A DNA stretch of 64,000 bases from contig OZ024741.1 in assembly GCA_964016885.1 (NCBI GenBank), positions 323,392,001-323,456,000 of the forward strand, given 5' to 3'. Below are positions 11,279 through 25,572 of the stretch, in pieces (within the stretch, counting starts at the first letter, position 1; each line of letters starts with the position of its first letter). Origin of the DNA: Eledone cirrhosa. Taxonomy: Eukaryota. The notes under the pieces were generated by a model. The model ran no database searches. It was not told the origin of the DNA and saw only the letters and a list, made by a program, of their open reading frames with translations. The position numbers and the translations under genes are program-made.

Positions 11279-11857
11279 TTTAAATTTTATATACTCCTGT
11301 AAGGTTGAGTAAAAGTTTAGGCAGTATTTGGCTGCGCTTTCTAGCAACCAGCCTACTCGCCGACAGGCACCAATCACAAACTGTCTGCCTTGACCACTAG
11401 CCACATAATGAATCTTAGCCATTTTGAATTCGTTTCTGGCGGGGATCATGTAAGAAAATCTTTGTCCAATTGAGTTATCTCCTGATGATTTCCATCCTCG
11501 TTGATTTATCCAAGATCGGATATATCCAAAAATAGAACTAAATCGCCGGGGGTAGAGGTATTTTGATGATTTTGGTAAGGTTTATGTACATTTTTTCTTC
11601 TAACTTTGATTTTGTACCTAATTATGTAAGGTTAACTATATGTATAGTCAATTTCTACAGGCTATCACAAATACTAGGTAAATTTTCTGTAGTTATGAGT
11701 CGCGGATAAAAAGCTATATCATTTATCTATTGCTTCTTCATAAGTATATTTTAAACTTATAACCTCGTTTAAATGATTTGTTGTGTCGTTGATTTATGCT
11801 GATTGTGAGAAGAAATACTGTATATCTAATGATTCTATGGACTTTATATATATATAT

Positions 11858-12091
11858 ATAACGAAGGAAGTGTGGTAAGGAACCAGGTGGATCATAACGC
11901 ACCAGAGTACTCAATACTTAGGGTAGTAGAGAGGGTAATGGGAAATTGTTCAAGATCCCGACGGCAGAGCTCGAGCTCTGCCGTCGGGGTCTTGAACATT
12001 TTCCTATATATATATATATATATATATATACAGTATTTATATACAGGAGGGTGTTGAGCTCGAGCTCTGCCGTCGGGGTCTTGAACATTTT

Positions 12092-12132
<41 letters not shown>

Positions 12133-12150
12133 TATATATATACAGGAGAG
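11858..12150 (-). mobile_element. Penelope-like terminus with fold-back (11941-12004) and a ~90-bp tandem duplication
   Basis: 32-bp near-perfect arms centred on GAGCTC|GAGCTC; body homologous to 13150-13272 and 38087-38125. Confidence 0.65.
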
Positions 12151-12491
12151 TCTTGAAGTTTGCTTGAAGCATTGTGGAATGATTAAAATAGCTGTTTTGG
12201 AAACCTCAACAATGCAAATCTCCGGGTAACAGAATCAGGTGGTAATGAGAGAGAGATGTAAGAGGAAGTGTAGAAAGAGACGTAGAGAGCTTAAAAGAGC
12301 GTAGGAAAAGTGTAAAAAATAATAACACGAGATAGAGTGACCTTGGAAGTGATTTAATAGTCCCTATATTTCGGATTTCGCATCCATCAACTGGGGGTTT
12401 TCCGAGGAGAAAAAGGTTATGACGGAGAGTGACAACACGTGGTCTCCGCTGTTTACCGTATACGTACATATATACATACATATATACATAC

Positions 12492-12555
<64 letters not shown>

Positions 12556-12588
12556 ATATAATATAATACACACACACACACACATATT

Positions 12589-12697
<109 letters not shown>

Positions 12698-13036
12698 GGT
12701 ATTTTTTCCGCATCATGTCATAATATTTTGATGTATGTGCTCTGCATAAAAGATATTCTGTAATGAGACAGAAATAACTATAATTTTGGCATCAGAACTA
12801 ATGTTACTTCCCTCCCCCCTCCACCTGTTCTCCATCACCTCTATATACTCTTAGTTATTTTGATAATCAGCTATCGATGAACATTGTTACAATGCCTATT
12901 ATATTGAATTCTTCATGTATCTGAATTTCAAATATTTGGGATTGGACAGCTCACGAATAATTTGGATTCTACGTATGTATGTAATATGCAAATTTATGAA
13001 TTCAAATGTATGTATGTATGTATGTATGTATGTATG

Positions 13037-13067
<31 letters not shown>

Positions 13068-13093
13068 TACACACACACACACATATATATATA

Positions 13094-13272
13094 GGAAAAG
13101 AGTCAGGACCCCGACGGCTGAGCTCCGGCCGTTTCGGATCTAGCTGTCGAAACGGCCGGAGTTCAGGCGTCGGGGTCCTGACTCTTTTCCTATTACCCTC
13201 TCTACTATCCTAAGTATTGAGTACTCTGGTGCGTTATGGTCCATCTGGTATTTTACCACACCCGCTTTGTTA
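13094..13272 (+). mobile_element. Penelope-like terminus with fold-back and 3' half of a hammerhead
   Basis: Inverted arms 13094-13136 and 13148-13189; the left arm on the minus strand reads GAAA-CGGC-loop-GCCG-TC (one mismatch in the right arm); lies in (TA)n. Confidence 0.65.
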
Positions 13273-13402
13273 TAGATATATATATGTGTATAATATTGGG
13301 TATGAATCGAAGTTGTAGCCGTAATATAGCAGGTACTAATCGAAATTGTCTGAGGCGGTCACAAAGCACTCAATGGAGCGAGTTGAAAAAAATGATAAGC
13401 AT

Positions 13403-13477
<75 letters not shown>

Positions 13478-13519
13478 CAGAATATTTCGAATATATATTG
13501 AAAAAACAATATATACGAA

Positions 13520-13875
13520 TGAAGCAGAGGTGGACAAACGACAATAGATGGACGAAAGGAACCACTGAGGAAAATATGAGTTAAAGATATACTTCCGGAA
13601 ATGGAGGTGGATAGGACATTTAGACCCCCCCCCCCGCGCAAAATAAACCCCATATGATAATAGATGGAAGAAATGGACCATAGAGTGGACGGAGACAGAC
13701 AAAAAGAGGAGATGGAGGGACAACATTGAAGAATACATTAAGGTGACCAGGGAGGTACAGGATCAGTTTAAAAAAGAATGGCCATGGCTAGGTAGGAATT
13801 GAGGGAGGATTGAAGAGGGATACATGCAGCAGGGGACTGCTATATGGTAAAAAAGAAGAATAAGTAGAAGAAAGA
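13520..13875 (+). pseudogene. Degenerate RTE-clade LINE 3' fragment
   Basis: Remnants KWRWIGH, DNRW, KRRWRDNI and EGYMQQ; GAA-rich tail. Confidence 0.55.
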
Positions 13876-13899
13876 CAAAGGGAAGGTGACGAATAAGAG

Positions 13900-14232
13900 T
13901 TATTTCTACTTTTGGCAAAAAGGCCAACAATTTGAAGGGGAGAGGATTGTTGACTAAATCGATCCCAGTACGTTACTGGTACTGTATTTTATCGATCTCG
14001 TATCGATGAATTACAAAATTAATCTCGGTGGGATTTGAATATAGAACTTAAAGGGCTGTAACTCTATACCATAAAGCATGTTATCCGACACTCTACCGAT
14101 ACTGCCAATTTCCCGCCCCAAATAAAAGTTTCTAATTTTGGTAGAAGGTAATTGTAGTAAGAGGATTATATCGACCTCAGTACTTTACTGGGGCTTTATC
14201 AAAGTTGACGACGGCGGGATTTGAACTCGGTT
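13900..14232 (-). mobile_element. Two tandem degenerate tRNA-derived SINE copies (13900-14118 and partial 14120-14232)
   Basis: Homologous to 19464-19663; B-box-like GTTCAAATCCC. Confidence 0.7.
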
Positions 14233-15024
14233 GAATGCCATCCTACGTTGGTAAGAAAATTCTCTGCATGGCCAATACCCGAAAAAGCTGATTAGGGTGG
14301 AAGTGAACAAGCAAAATTCACAAAATTGGTTAAGAAGCACTGGAGTAAAAGCTGAGACTGAAGGATTTCTAATTGCAGCACAAGATGAAAGCCTCCCCAC
14401 CAGAAACAGAGCACGGTAACTGTAGAATATGTGGTGGTGGGGAAGAAACACTTAACCACATTGTTTCTGGTTTCCCAGTCTTAGACAAAAAAATAATTTA
14501 CTCATAGAAATGATAGCATTGGGTTTACACACACTGGAAGTTATACCAACACTACTAGATACCGACAGAAAAAAGGTGGTTCAAACATACACCAGAAAAG
14601 GTGACAGACAATGACAAAGTACCCATAACCTGGAATATGCCAATACAGATAGACTAGATATTATAGTCAAAGACCATAAAGAAAACCAATGTATTCTAAT
14701 TGATGTGTCAATCTCCACAGACGATAATATATACATCAAGGGTATGGAGAAAATATCCAAATATAAAGATCTGAAGATAGAAATAACCTGAATATGGATA
14801 ATGAAAACATATAATAATAGGTGCTCTGCGAATGATAAAAAACACGGACAGATACATAACCAAAATCCCTGGACTCACAAATATATACAGCATACAAATA
14901 ATAGCATTACTATACTAGCCATTGTACACATATTATGAATACTACTCTCAATACACAAGAAATAACATCACTTCACATACCCAAAGTACACATAGCTATC
15001 CTCAATAATGCACCAACAACACGC

Positions 15025-15025
<1 letters not shown>
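14233..15025 (+). pseudogene. Degenerate Dong/R4-like element 3' part ending in (AAT)n
   Basis: Translates to WLRSTGVKAETEGFLIAAQDESLPTRN, CRICG..EETLNHIVSG, DIIVKDHKENQCILIDVS, KYKDLKIEI and IIGAL. Confidence 0.8.
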
Positions 15026-15071
<46 letters not shown>

Positions 15072-15073
<2 letters not shown>

Positions 15074-15766
15074 TTTTCTTTATTAACCACAAGGGTTTAC
15101 ATAAAGTAGACATTAAGGACAGTACAGGACAATACAGGACGGTACAAATGGGCATTTCTGCGTGTAAAAAAAAACAGAGGATGTAATAAAAATAACAATG
15201 AAAAATTCCCCAATAGGGGGGGAGACTTCCGAAGGACATTTGTGGAGAAAGCCCATTAAAAGGCCACAGTGACCCTGACCACCAAGGCAAGTGCCCCCTC
15301 CCAGTTTTCCACATTTAATTTACAGATATATACTCAAATTAGGCCCGTTCACTCGGGCCATACTTGCTTCTCTCACCCATCTTTCAACAAAATGCTGGGA
15401 AGAGAGCACTTCCCTCTCTACCCTGATTTTACTTTTCAAATGAAATTTGAAAAAGTTAATCAGGGCATCACCGAAGAGGTAAGTGCTCTTCAGCCCTTTC
15501 AAACGTGTCCACCATACTATCTCTTTCGCCATGGCCACCAGACAGATAAAAACTGCCTGCCCTTCCCGGCTAAAGGAAGAGGGCGGGGCAATCCTCACGA
15601 TGGACTCAGCTGATAGCTGGATCCGTCCTACACGTGACAGCAGGTGTTCGACATAAACCCACAAGTCAGCAATGCTCGGACACTGGACGAGTGCGTGCAG
15701 GACGGCTTCGTCACCCTGCGCGCATCTCGGACATGCCCGGCTGACGGCACCTCCATGCCTGTAGAG
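15072..15766 (-). mobile_element. Tx1-like family B, 5'-truncated
   Basis: ORF2 C-terminus (CPRC...H...C, WWTRLKG); 3' end TTGTGGTTAATAAAGAAA followed by (TTA)n. Confidence 0.9.
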
Positions 15767-15779
15767 TAATAAAAATAAT

Positions 15780-18195
15780 GATTTCTTTATTAGCCACAAG
15801 GGCTGACACCAAGAAAAAAATTATAGACGGCACAGAACGGTACGATGTGGGTTTTGTGCGTGTAAATATTTTTGCATAAACTAGTAGGACAGACCAGCCA
15901 AACCTGGCGATTTACACCTCGTACAGTTAGCCATCGTTTCCCTTATTTCACCGGCTGTTATTGGCTTTTCGAGAGCCGAGGCAGTCCGTCGAGGTATGCA
16001 CTGAAGTCCATGGCCCGTCGCTGCTCCCGAACAGTTCAGCAAAGTGCTGCTAAAAAGCTTCACACATCTGCTCGGGTTCGAACAAACGCACCCGTTTTGG
16101 TCAGACAAAGACCGAATTGTGGCTTTGTTGCCACGTCGCGCCTCTGCCACCCGGGCCCATTGGACGGCTTTTGTCCCCTCGTATTCAGAGCACCAGCACT
16201 AGCTCTGACAACGCAGCCTTCGTGTTTTGTGTTGAAGAATTGGTCGAGTGCCAATCTCGCCGCAAGCACGTCGGTTGCGATGCCTGTCCTAAACGCCTCT
16301 TCTAGCTTTCTGACTAGCTCTCCCTCTACTCTATTTTCCTCTATCACTAGTCCTTTGCTAAACCTAATCGACTCTACTTTAATTGTCTTTTTCAGGGCGA
16401 ACCACCACCTGTTGTTGAAGGCCGCTCCCGTCAATGCCCGCATAACTAATACGCTAATGCAGTCTCTGTAGGCTTTGCGCGCCGGGAAAGACGCGTTCAG
16501 CCTCCAGTAACCGGGCCCTTGTCTATGAAGTCTGTCTATGTCGATCTCACAGATCACAAATTTGTGATCTGTGTAGTCGACTATTTTAAATTGTGGACAA
16601 CTTATACTAGCCTTATCTAGTTCTCTGCAGAATACCCTATCGAGATACGATCTGGATGACCCGATGCGGTTTGTCCATGTCCACATTGGCACATTCGGGT
16701 GATCCAGTCAATACCTGTCAGATAGTTCAAAACGTCTGAGCAGGTTGGTGAGGTTCTTGCACCTTCCTCCCCTATCCACTAGCCCCACACAATCCCAGCG
16801 TGCATCCAAGATACCGTTCCAGTCGCCCACTAACACTAAAGAGCGGGACGTTCCAAGAAAGGTCTCTAGACGTCTGAAGAAATCTGGCCGTCCTGCCCCT
16901 GTTGGGGCGTAGACGGCTACTAGCCTGAAAGCATTGACTTCGCTGCCGGTCACGTCCAGCACCACCGACTTACCTTCTGGGTCTAGGAAGATGGCCCGTA
17001 TGGTGAGATCCAAGCCTCTCCGAAAAAGGACGGCAACCCCTCCCCCGATCCTGGACGGCTGGGAGATGCGTATACATCGTAGCCGCCGAAGATCGGTGCG
17101 AAGGCTTGTGCTTCGGAGATTCTGGTCTCACTGATGGCCACCACATCTATGTTTAGTGACCTGAGGTCGTTGAGCAGGTGACCCTGCTTCCAAGATGACC
17201 CTAGGCTACGTGCATTTATACTGCCTAGTCTGAGTACGGCCATGTTGGATGAGAAACGAGGCAAGTGAGAAAGGGTCACTTACCTTGATCGTGTGGTCAT
17301 GGGTGTTTCCAAGAGGATGTCAGTGTATATCCTCTTGGTAACCGACCCTCTGAAGTCTCCAACTGCGTTGGGGAATTTTTGTTTTAGAGATTTGTACCGT
17401 TCTATTCAGATTTCAATGATGCTTATGTTTGTCGGGAGAGTTCTTGGTGTTGGTGGGGTGTAGTAGTTTTTTTCTGTGATGTCTGTGTGCTACTTTATAT
17501 ATTGTATCAGTTCTTTTTTTGCCATATTTATGGCTGTGTACTTTTTTGGGGGAGGGGTGATTTTGTTGCTGTTTTCTTGTTGCTGTTGGGTGCGTGTCTT
17601 TTGTTGTGTTTGCGATGTTGGTGTTTTTGGTGATGCTGGTGGTGGTGTGGTTGTTGTTGGCGGTGGTGCTTGTGGTGGTGATGGTGATGGTGGTGGTGTT
17701 GCTGCAAGTTTCCTTGCTGCCTTTACCCCTCTTTGTGTGCCTTCGCCTTTGGAGGGTGAATCTAAGGGTTTTTTTTTTTTTTTTGTGGCAGACCGTTTGC
17801 CACTTCACTCCCGCCTCAAACTCCATATCGGATTCCGTGGCGTCTGGGAGGGGTATGTGCTCTACGGCTGTTGGTGGTGGTAGTGGAGCCCTCTTCGGCA
17901 ATTTTGTTGCTGGTGTAGCTACTTCAAATGTAGCTATTGATGTTGCCGCAACTGATGCTGCTGCTTTAGTTGTCCGTAGCTTTGGTACGGGTGCCACGGA
18001 CGTTGCCCTCCTACTCACCGTGGAAGGGGCTTCTGCGTTTGTTGCCTGCCCTGCTCTTGGTAGCAGCGGACCAGGTATTGGAAGGAGAGGGGCCCTCTTC
18101 TTCGCTGTCTTCTGCGGGCAAAAGGCCCTGAGGTGACCCTTCGACCCACAGAGATAACATTTTGGCCGTCTTCCTTCTACGCTTATAGGGAGTTG
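15780..18195 (-). mobile_element. Tx1-like family B, internally deleted (ORF1 3' part and endonuclease joined to the 3' UTR)
   Basis: ORF2 starts at 17243 (MAVLRLGSINARSL), with AISET, VYAP, GDWN, SYLDR and DH; the RT is lost at a junction near 15875. Confidence 0.85.
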
Positions 18196-18617
18196 GAGTC
18201 AGTACATGACCATACAGGACGGTACAAATGGGCATTTCTGCCTGTAACCCCCCCCCCCCCCCAAAAAAAAAACAGAGGATGTAATAAAAAGAACAATGAA
18301 AAATTTCCCAATAGGAGGGAGACTTCCGAGGGCCATCGTGGAGAAAGCCCATTAAAAAAAGCCACAGTGACCCTGATCACCAGGGCAAGTGCCCTCTCCC
18401 AGTTTTCCACCTTCAATTTACAGGCATATACTCAGAGTAGGTCCATTCACTCAGGCCATTCTTGCCTCTCTCACCCATCTTTCAACAAAAAGCTGGGAAG
18501 AGAGCACTTCCCTCTCTACCCTGATTTTCTTTTTCAAATGAAATTTGAAAAAGTTAATCAAGGCATCACCGAAGAGGTAAGTGCTCGTCTTCAGCCCTTT
18601 CAGACGCGTCCACCATA
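18196..18617 (-). mobile_element. Tx1-like family B, short 3' fragment
   Basis: Closely similar to 15120-15515. Confidence 0.85.
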
Positions 18618-18623
18618 TTATCA

Positions 18624-18660
<37 letters not shown>

Positions 18661-18662
<2 letters not shown>

Positions 18663-19463
18663 TTTCTTTATTGGCCACAAGGGCTGACATCAAGAAAAGC
18701 ATTACAGACGGCACAGGACAGTACAGGACGGTACGATGTGGGTTTTGTGCGTGTAAATATTTTTATTATTTATATAAGAAAAGAAAAAAAGACATAGAAA
18801 TATATATATATATATATATATAAACAATAAAAATGAAAATTGAAACAATGAAAAATTCCCCAATAGGGGGGAAACCTCCAAGGGTTACTCGTGGTGAAAA
18901 CCACACAAAAGACCACGGCCACCCTGACCACCAGGGCAAGCGCCCTCTCTCAATTTTTCCATCACTCAAACTACAGACGTATATTCAGAGCGGTCCCGTT
19001 CACTCGGACCATTCTCGCTACATTCACCCACCTTTCAACAAACTTGCTAGAAGGCAGCACTTGCCTCTCCACCCTGATTTTTTTCTTCAAGTGAAACTTG
19101 AAAAAGTTAATTAGGGATTCGCCGAAGAGGAAAGTGTTTGTCTTTAACCCTTTCAACCTTGTCCACCACACAATCTCTTTTGCCATGGCCACCAGGCAGA
19201 TGAAAACCGCCTGCCCTTCCTCCTCGAAGGAAGACGGCGAGACCATCTGCACAATGGGCTCAGTCGATAACCGGATCAGTCCTACACGCGACAGCAACTG
19301 TTCGACATAGCTCCACAAGTCAGCAATGCCCGGGCACTGAACGAGTGCATGTACGACGGTTTCGTCGCTCTGCGCGCATCTCGGACAGGCTCGGCTGACG
19401 GCACTTCCGTGCCTGTAGAGCTTATCTCGAACCGGCAAGGCTCCTCGGTAGCACTGCCAGGCC
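18661..19463 (-). mobile_element. Tx1-like family B, 5'-truncated
   Basis: ORF 18971-19465; AAT repeats at both ends. Confidence 0.9.
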
Positions 19464-19660
19464 AATAATAATAATTGTTTCTACTTTTGGCACAAGGCCA
19501 GCAATTACCCAGTGCATTACTGGTACTTTATTTTATCGACCCCGTAAGGATGAAAGGTAAAGTTAACCTCGGCGGGATTTGAACTCAGAATGGCAAGGGC
19601 CGTAACTCTATGCGTCAAAGCATGGCGTCCGACCCTCTACTGATACTGCCAATCCACCGC

Positions 19661-19663
<3 letters not shown>
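19464..19663 (-). mobile_element. tRNA-derived SINE (~200 bp)
   Basis: A-box-like TGGCAGTATCAGT, B box GAGTTCAAATCCCG, central CTTTCATCCTTACGGGGTCGATAAAATAAAGTACC and (TTA)n tail; further copies in the window. Confidence 0.8.
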
Positions 19664-19700
<37 letters not shown>

Positions 19701-19702
<2 letters not shown>

Positions 19703-22700
19703 TTTCATTTATTAGCCACAAGGGCCGACATGTAGGGGACAATACAAAGACAGGGACAGTGGGGGTTTACAATAAGGTCGAGTAAAAGTGCACAATGGCA
19801 AGACTAATTTAACAATGAAGATATGAAAAATATAAAATAAACTATGCATAAATATAACAAAATAAATTCCCCTATAGGGGGTGGACGACCCACGGGTGAC
19901 TCAGGTAACCCACCAATCCTGAACCACCCTGCGCTTCTAGGGTACTCAGGGAAAGCACCCCTCTTATAGGCGCATGGTCAGAGTAGGCCCATTCACACGG
20001 GCCATTCTCGCCACATTCACCCACCTTTTAGCAAATGTACTGTGGGGTAGCACTTCTCTCTCTACCCTCACCTTCCTTTCCAGGTGAAACTTGAAGAAGT
20101 TGATGAGGGATTGGCCGAAGAGAAAAGTGTCTGTCTTCATTCCTTTTAATCTGGTCCACCATATAACCTCTTTCGCAACGACCACCAGACAGAGGAAAAT
20201 TTCCTGCTCTTCCTGACCTAAGGAAGGCGGCGGGTCGATCTTCCCTATGGACTCGGCCGATAGCCGGATTCGTTCCACACGCGACAGTATCTGTTCGACA
20301 TAACTCCACAAGTCAGTAATGCACGGACATTGGACAAGTGCGTGCAGAACGGTTTCGTCGTTCTGTGCGCATCTCGAGCAGGTCCGTCTGACAGCACTTC
20401 CGTGCCTGTAGAGTTTATGCCGAACCGGCAGTGCCCCCCCCCCCCCCCCCCGGTAGCACTGCCAAGCGAGGGATTTCTGGAAATTGTCCATCGTCCCCGG
20501 CTCGAATGTCCGCCAGTACAGACTGGTCAGTTCGACTTCGTCGAGGCCCAAAGCTTCTCCGAGTGCGTTATCGCACCTGCCCACCACTAATCCTCTATAG
20601 AACTCGAGAGTGAAGTTCCACTGATCGCATTGCCCGCTTGGTAGAGGGCAGTGAGTGCCTGGCAACATTCCAGGTGCCAGTCACATCAGTCTCGGTCTCT
20701 TCTTGACCCAGGACTGCAGCTCGGTCAAATAAATGAGCTGCGGAAAGGCCCGTCTGATAAACGGCGTCCACACCTGTTCACCGTTTAGGCAGAATATCTG
20801 GAGATGTCGCAGCCTCAACGCATGTCTGCGCAACATTAGCCACGGCATGCCCAGCTCTCCGCGTAGAGGGTGCTGGCAGCAGATGGACCGCCTCACCAAC
20901 AAGAATTTGAAGAGGAGCCGTTCCAACTTGACGAGTCGCGGACGGGGGCAAGGTACGACGGTCAGGCGGTAGTAGATGACGGACACGATGTACGCATTCG
21001 CCACCTCCGCGCGACCTTTCAGTGATAGCTTCCTCCCAGCCCATTTTTGGGTGAGACTGGCTACCCTGCTCGTTACCTCGTCCCAATTCTTTTCCACCTG
21101 GAGGTCTGTTCCGAACCAAACCCCGAGTAACTTTACCGGTCCGCCCGTCCAGCGCCCCACGACGCTGTTGAACGGCATGGGCTTGCCTCTCCAGGTTCCG
21201 AGCTGCAACCCCACCGACTTTTCCGGGTTAAGTTTGGCTCCTGTCAACCTTTCATATTCCTTCAATAAGGTGCCGACCACCTCGATTTCTGAGGTGTTCG
21301 ACACCATCACGGTGATGTCGTCCGCATAAGCCGACACCGCCCTTCCACGTCTCGGTTCGAGCGGGATGCCCTGCAACAGCTCCAGCTTCCGCAGTAAAGG
21401 CTCGACAGTCAATCCGTACAGAAGGGAAGAGAGAGGGAACCCTTGACGGACCGATCGGGAGAGCCGAAATGGTTCCGGGAGGTGGCTATTAACCTTGACC
21501 ACCGAGCGTGTGCCGCTGTGCATTGCAGCGATCCAGCTTCTGAAGACAGGGCCGAAGCCAGCTGCTTTGAGGACAAACACCAGATACCGATGGTCGACCC
21601 TATCGAATGCTTTCGATTGATCTAAATTGATCAGTGCCCCACCGAAGCCAGGTTTACACCCTGCCCTCTTTATGATGTCTCGCATGGGGTGGAGATTGTC
21701 GTGTATGGACCTGGTTGGGATTGCGCAAGTTTGCGCCTCCCCAATCAAATCCTCGACGACAAGCGCCAATCTCTTTGCTAACACCTTGGCCAAAATCTTA
21801 AACTTTGTGTTGAGCAGAGTTATGGGCCTGAAGTTGTCTAATGTATCCATCTTGTTCTCGTCTTTCCTTATCAGCGTCACCACTCCCCAGCTCACAGAAC
21901 TGGGAATACTCCCATTCTGCTGCCAGTTGCAGTAGAGTGCTTTGAGGAGATCGGAGAACAAGTCTGGCATATTTACGTAAAGCTCGTAGGGCAGGCCATC
22001 CAAACCGGGTAACTTGCGCCTCATGCAGCCTACAAGGGCGTTCTGAATTTCGGCTGAAGTAATCGGCCTTTCGCAGCGCTAAGCGTCGACTGTCGAGATG
22101 CGCGGCAAGCCGTCAAGGTAGGGACTGAAATCCGCTACTCTCTTTGACTCGCCACTCTCCCCGAACCACCGAGCAAAGTGCTGGCGAAAGGCCTCACACA
22201 TCCGCTTGGAATCGCTTATATCGTGTTCGTCTCGGTCCGCCAAAGACCGAATTGTGGTTTTATTACCACGCTGCGCCTCCGCCACGCGGGCCCATCGAAC
22301 AGCTTTGGTTCCCTCGTTTCTCAGCGCACGTGCCTTAGCTCTGACAATGCAACCTTCGTGTTTCGCATTGAAGAAATGGTCCAATGCCATTCTCGCCGCT
22401 AGCACGTCAGTTGCAATGCCACTACAAATAGCCTCGTCTAACTTATCTACCAGCTCTCCCTTCTTTCTATTTTTCTCTAACCCTAGTTATTTGCTGAACT
22501 TTATCGAAGTTACTCTAATCTCTCTTTTGAGAGCCCCCCCCCCCCACCATCTGTTATTGATGATTCCCCCCCCCCCCTGTCAACTTTTGCTTAACTAAAT
22601 TGTTGACTCGTTCCCTGTAGACCTTACGTGCCGGAAATGACATGTTCAGCTTCCAGTAACCCGGTCCTAACCTACGCGTTTTATCTAGGTCGACCGTACA

Positions 22701-25572
22701 GATCACAAATTTGTGATCTGAATAGGCGACCGTTTTAAAAAGTGGGCAGCCTACACTATTTCTATCTATTTTCCTAATGAAGATCCTGTCTATATATGAT
22801 CTAGATGACCCCATTCGGTTGGTCCATGTCCATACTGGCACATTGGGGAAATCTAGTCGATACCTGTCAGACAGTTGGAACTGGCTGAGTAGGTGCTTGA
22901 GGATTTTGCACCCCCCGCTCCTATCGGCTACTCCCACACAACCCCAGCGTGCGTCTAAGATGCCATTCCAGTCCCCCGCTAACAGTAAAGGGCGAGACGT
23001 ACCCAGAAAGGTCTCCAGGCGCCTAAAGAAGTCCGGTCGTCCGGCCCCTGTAGACGGCCAGCAGTCTAAAGGCACCACCTTTGCTACTGCTCACATCCAA
23101 GACCACCAACTTACCGTCCGGGTCCCGGAAGATCGACCTTACCTCGAGATCCAGTCCTTTCCTAAACAGCACTGCCACCCCAGCTCCCATTCCCGGCCTG
23201 CTAACAGATGCGAAGATCTGATGGTCGTCGAAAATGGGGGCTAGTGCGCGCGTGTCGGAAATTCTGGTCTCGCTGACGGCAATCACATCCATTTCCAGCG
23301 ACCTGAGGTCGTTGAGCAGGCGACCCTGCTTCCAGGGTGACCCCAGGCCGCAAACATTTAAACTTAATAACATTCCTACTCTTAATATGGCCATGTTGGC
23401 AAGCTAAGAGAGAGAGGGAAGGTCTACTTACCTCCCGGGGTCTTGTGAAGGTTGGGTGGTTCGACCTCAATGGTTGGTAGGGTTTCTTTTGGTAACCTCT
23501 TTAAAAGTCTCGATGTGGGTTTCACATTCGGGGTCCCCACGTCTTGAGGAAAGCTCTCTCGAATTTCTTTGAAGGAATCAAGTGACATTCGGACCAGAAG
23601 CAAATCTTCTGGCACGCAAAATGTGCTCATTTCAAAAATCTCCCCCTCTGTTTGAATGTCCTCGCTTCGTGCTAAGAGGGCCATCAGTTTATCGTTGGCC
23701 CTTCTGACAAGCACGAAGTTTTTAACATTTTGTTGGTGTGGTTTTATTTGTTTTCGTTTTGGTGACTGTGGTGGTGATGATTTTGGTGGTGTTGTTTCGG
23801 GTATGTCTGTGTTTGTTGTAGGTGTGGTGTCTGCAATTTCAGGTATTTGTGTGTTTATTTGTACTTGTGTTTGTTTAGTTTGTTTGCGTTTCGGGGATTG
23901 TGGAGGTGGTGTCGATGTTGCTGTTGGTGCTGATGTTATTGGGGAAGTGTTTGCGTTAGTGGTGTCTGTATTTTTTGTTGTGTATGTTTTTGTGTTTTGT
24001 TTGGGCTTTTTTTTGGTGAGTTTCCTCTGTTTTTTTTGCACTTTTGGGTTTTCCTTCATCTCCGCTGCTGGAAGACAAAGGACCTGTGGCTGTGAGTGTC
24101 TCTGTGTCTGTGTGTACGTTTATAGTTTTGTCCATGTGTATAATTGGGGGGGGGGGAGTGGGAGAGCTTTCCTCGTTTTCCCCTTGGATTGGTTTTGGTG
24201 TTGGTGGTGGTCCGGCTGTTTTTGATGTTGGTGTCCGTGTCTTAGTTGGTGTTGGTTTTGGTGGTGGTGGTGCAGCTTTCCGTGCCGACACTGGCGTTGG
24301 CAACAAAGGAGGTTTGCGACCCCCTGCATTTTCGCGCTGAGGGCTTGCAGATGCGTTGCTTCCCCGCAGACGAAGCAGTGTGGCCTTCTTCCCTCAGTGA
24401 TTAGTTGGATTGTTGTCCCATCTTGCAGGCGGGCAAAATCCGGGATGTTATTCATATCCTCCGGTTTCATTTGGAGAAGAATCTCCAAATCCATTCCGGA
24501 CCAGTCCTCTCTCTCTGTCCTTTTGATATTTAGGAGGGTAGTGTCTGTCCCCTCCTCGATTACGCATCCCAGCAGCCACCATATGTTCATTCCTGGTGGG
24601 ATGCTGGGAATGCGGACCTTTACTGTCCTTTTACCCTTGTAGGACTGGTGCATGAGAATGCGTTCCGTTCTGCAGGGGTTCACCGAGTGCTTAATAGCAA
24701 GGGCCTCGGTTTTGAACAGTACCGAGAGGGTACCGAACTGTTTGGCACTTTCTTTATACTCTATGTTACTTCCGATGTACTCCAAAGCAGCCTCGACCTC
24801 TGCTTGGCTGGCAAGTTCCACTTTTCGTGTCTGCCCCGAAATGCATCGAAATTACACCGTCCTCCTTTGCATGGCCGCTATTGCCTCGTCCGGGATGGTC
24901 AGGTTTGCCCAGGACATCTCCCGTTTAATTAGCCTCCACGGCTGGGCCAACTGTTCGTCTTTATCGATAATATCAATATCCAATAAGCGCCTTGTTTTTG
25001 CTGCTGCTGCAGCAAATGTAGTGCTTCTGATGCTCTTGTTGTTGGTGTTGTCGTTCTTCCTGTTATTATTGGTGTTGTTGTTGTTTTGTTTGTTATTGCT
25101 GTTGCCACCGCCATCTATGTTTACATTGAAGTTGTCGGTGTTATTGTCGTTGTTGTTGTGGTGGTGGCGGTAGTGGTGGTGATGTCGTTTTCAGATGATA
25201 CTGCTGCTAACACAGAAGGTTGTGATGGTAGCTTTTGAGTTTTGCCTTCACATTCAGTGGAGTGGACGACAGGCACGACTGTGGCCGTCGTAGTTGTGGT
25301 GAAATCTACAGTGGCTGCTTTTAAACTTTTGACATGAACATTGTTTACCCGTTTCAAGGTCGAAAATTTCCATATTTTTTTTTGGTGGGGAAGCGATTTT
25401 TTTTCGAAGTTTTTAAAGCCCGAATATTGAGAGGTATCACTCCCTTGAAACCAAGATGTGTACCTTATGTTTCGTTAACGACAAAAAAATACAAAAATGA
25501 TACTTTAAAACAGCTTAAAGTTACGAACCTTTTCTCCTGCAGACTTGTACTGTCTTCACACATGTGCGTCCA
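19701..25572 (-). mobile_element. Full-length (~5.9 kb) decayed Tx1-like family B element
   Basis: ORF1 about 25335-23424 (CFVC...H knuckle, T/P/K-rich region); ORF2 23394-19964 in frameshifted pieces with EN, RT (AYADD) and CCHC; (AAT)n on both flanks. Confidence 0.92.

Noticed and set aside
19560-19663. tRNA gene
   Set aside because: A/B-box-like motifs only, no cloverleaf; it is the SINE head
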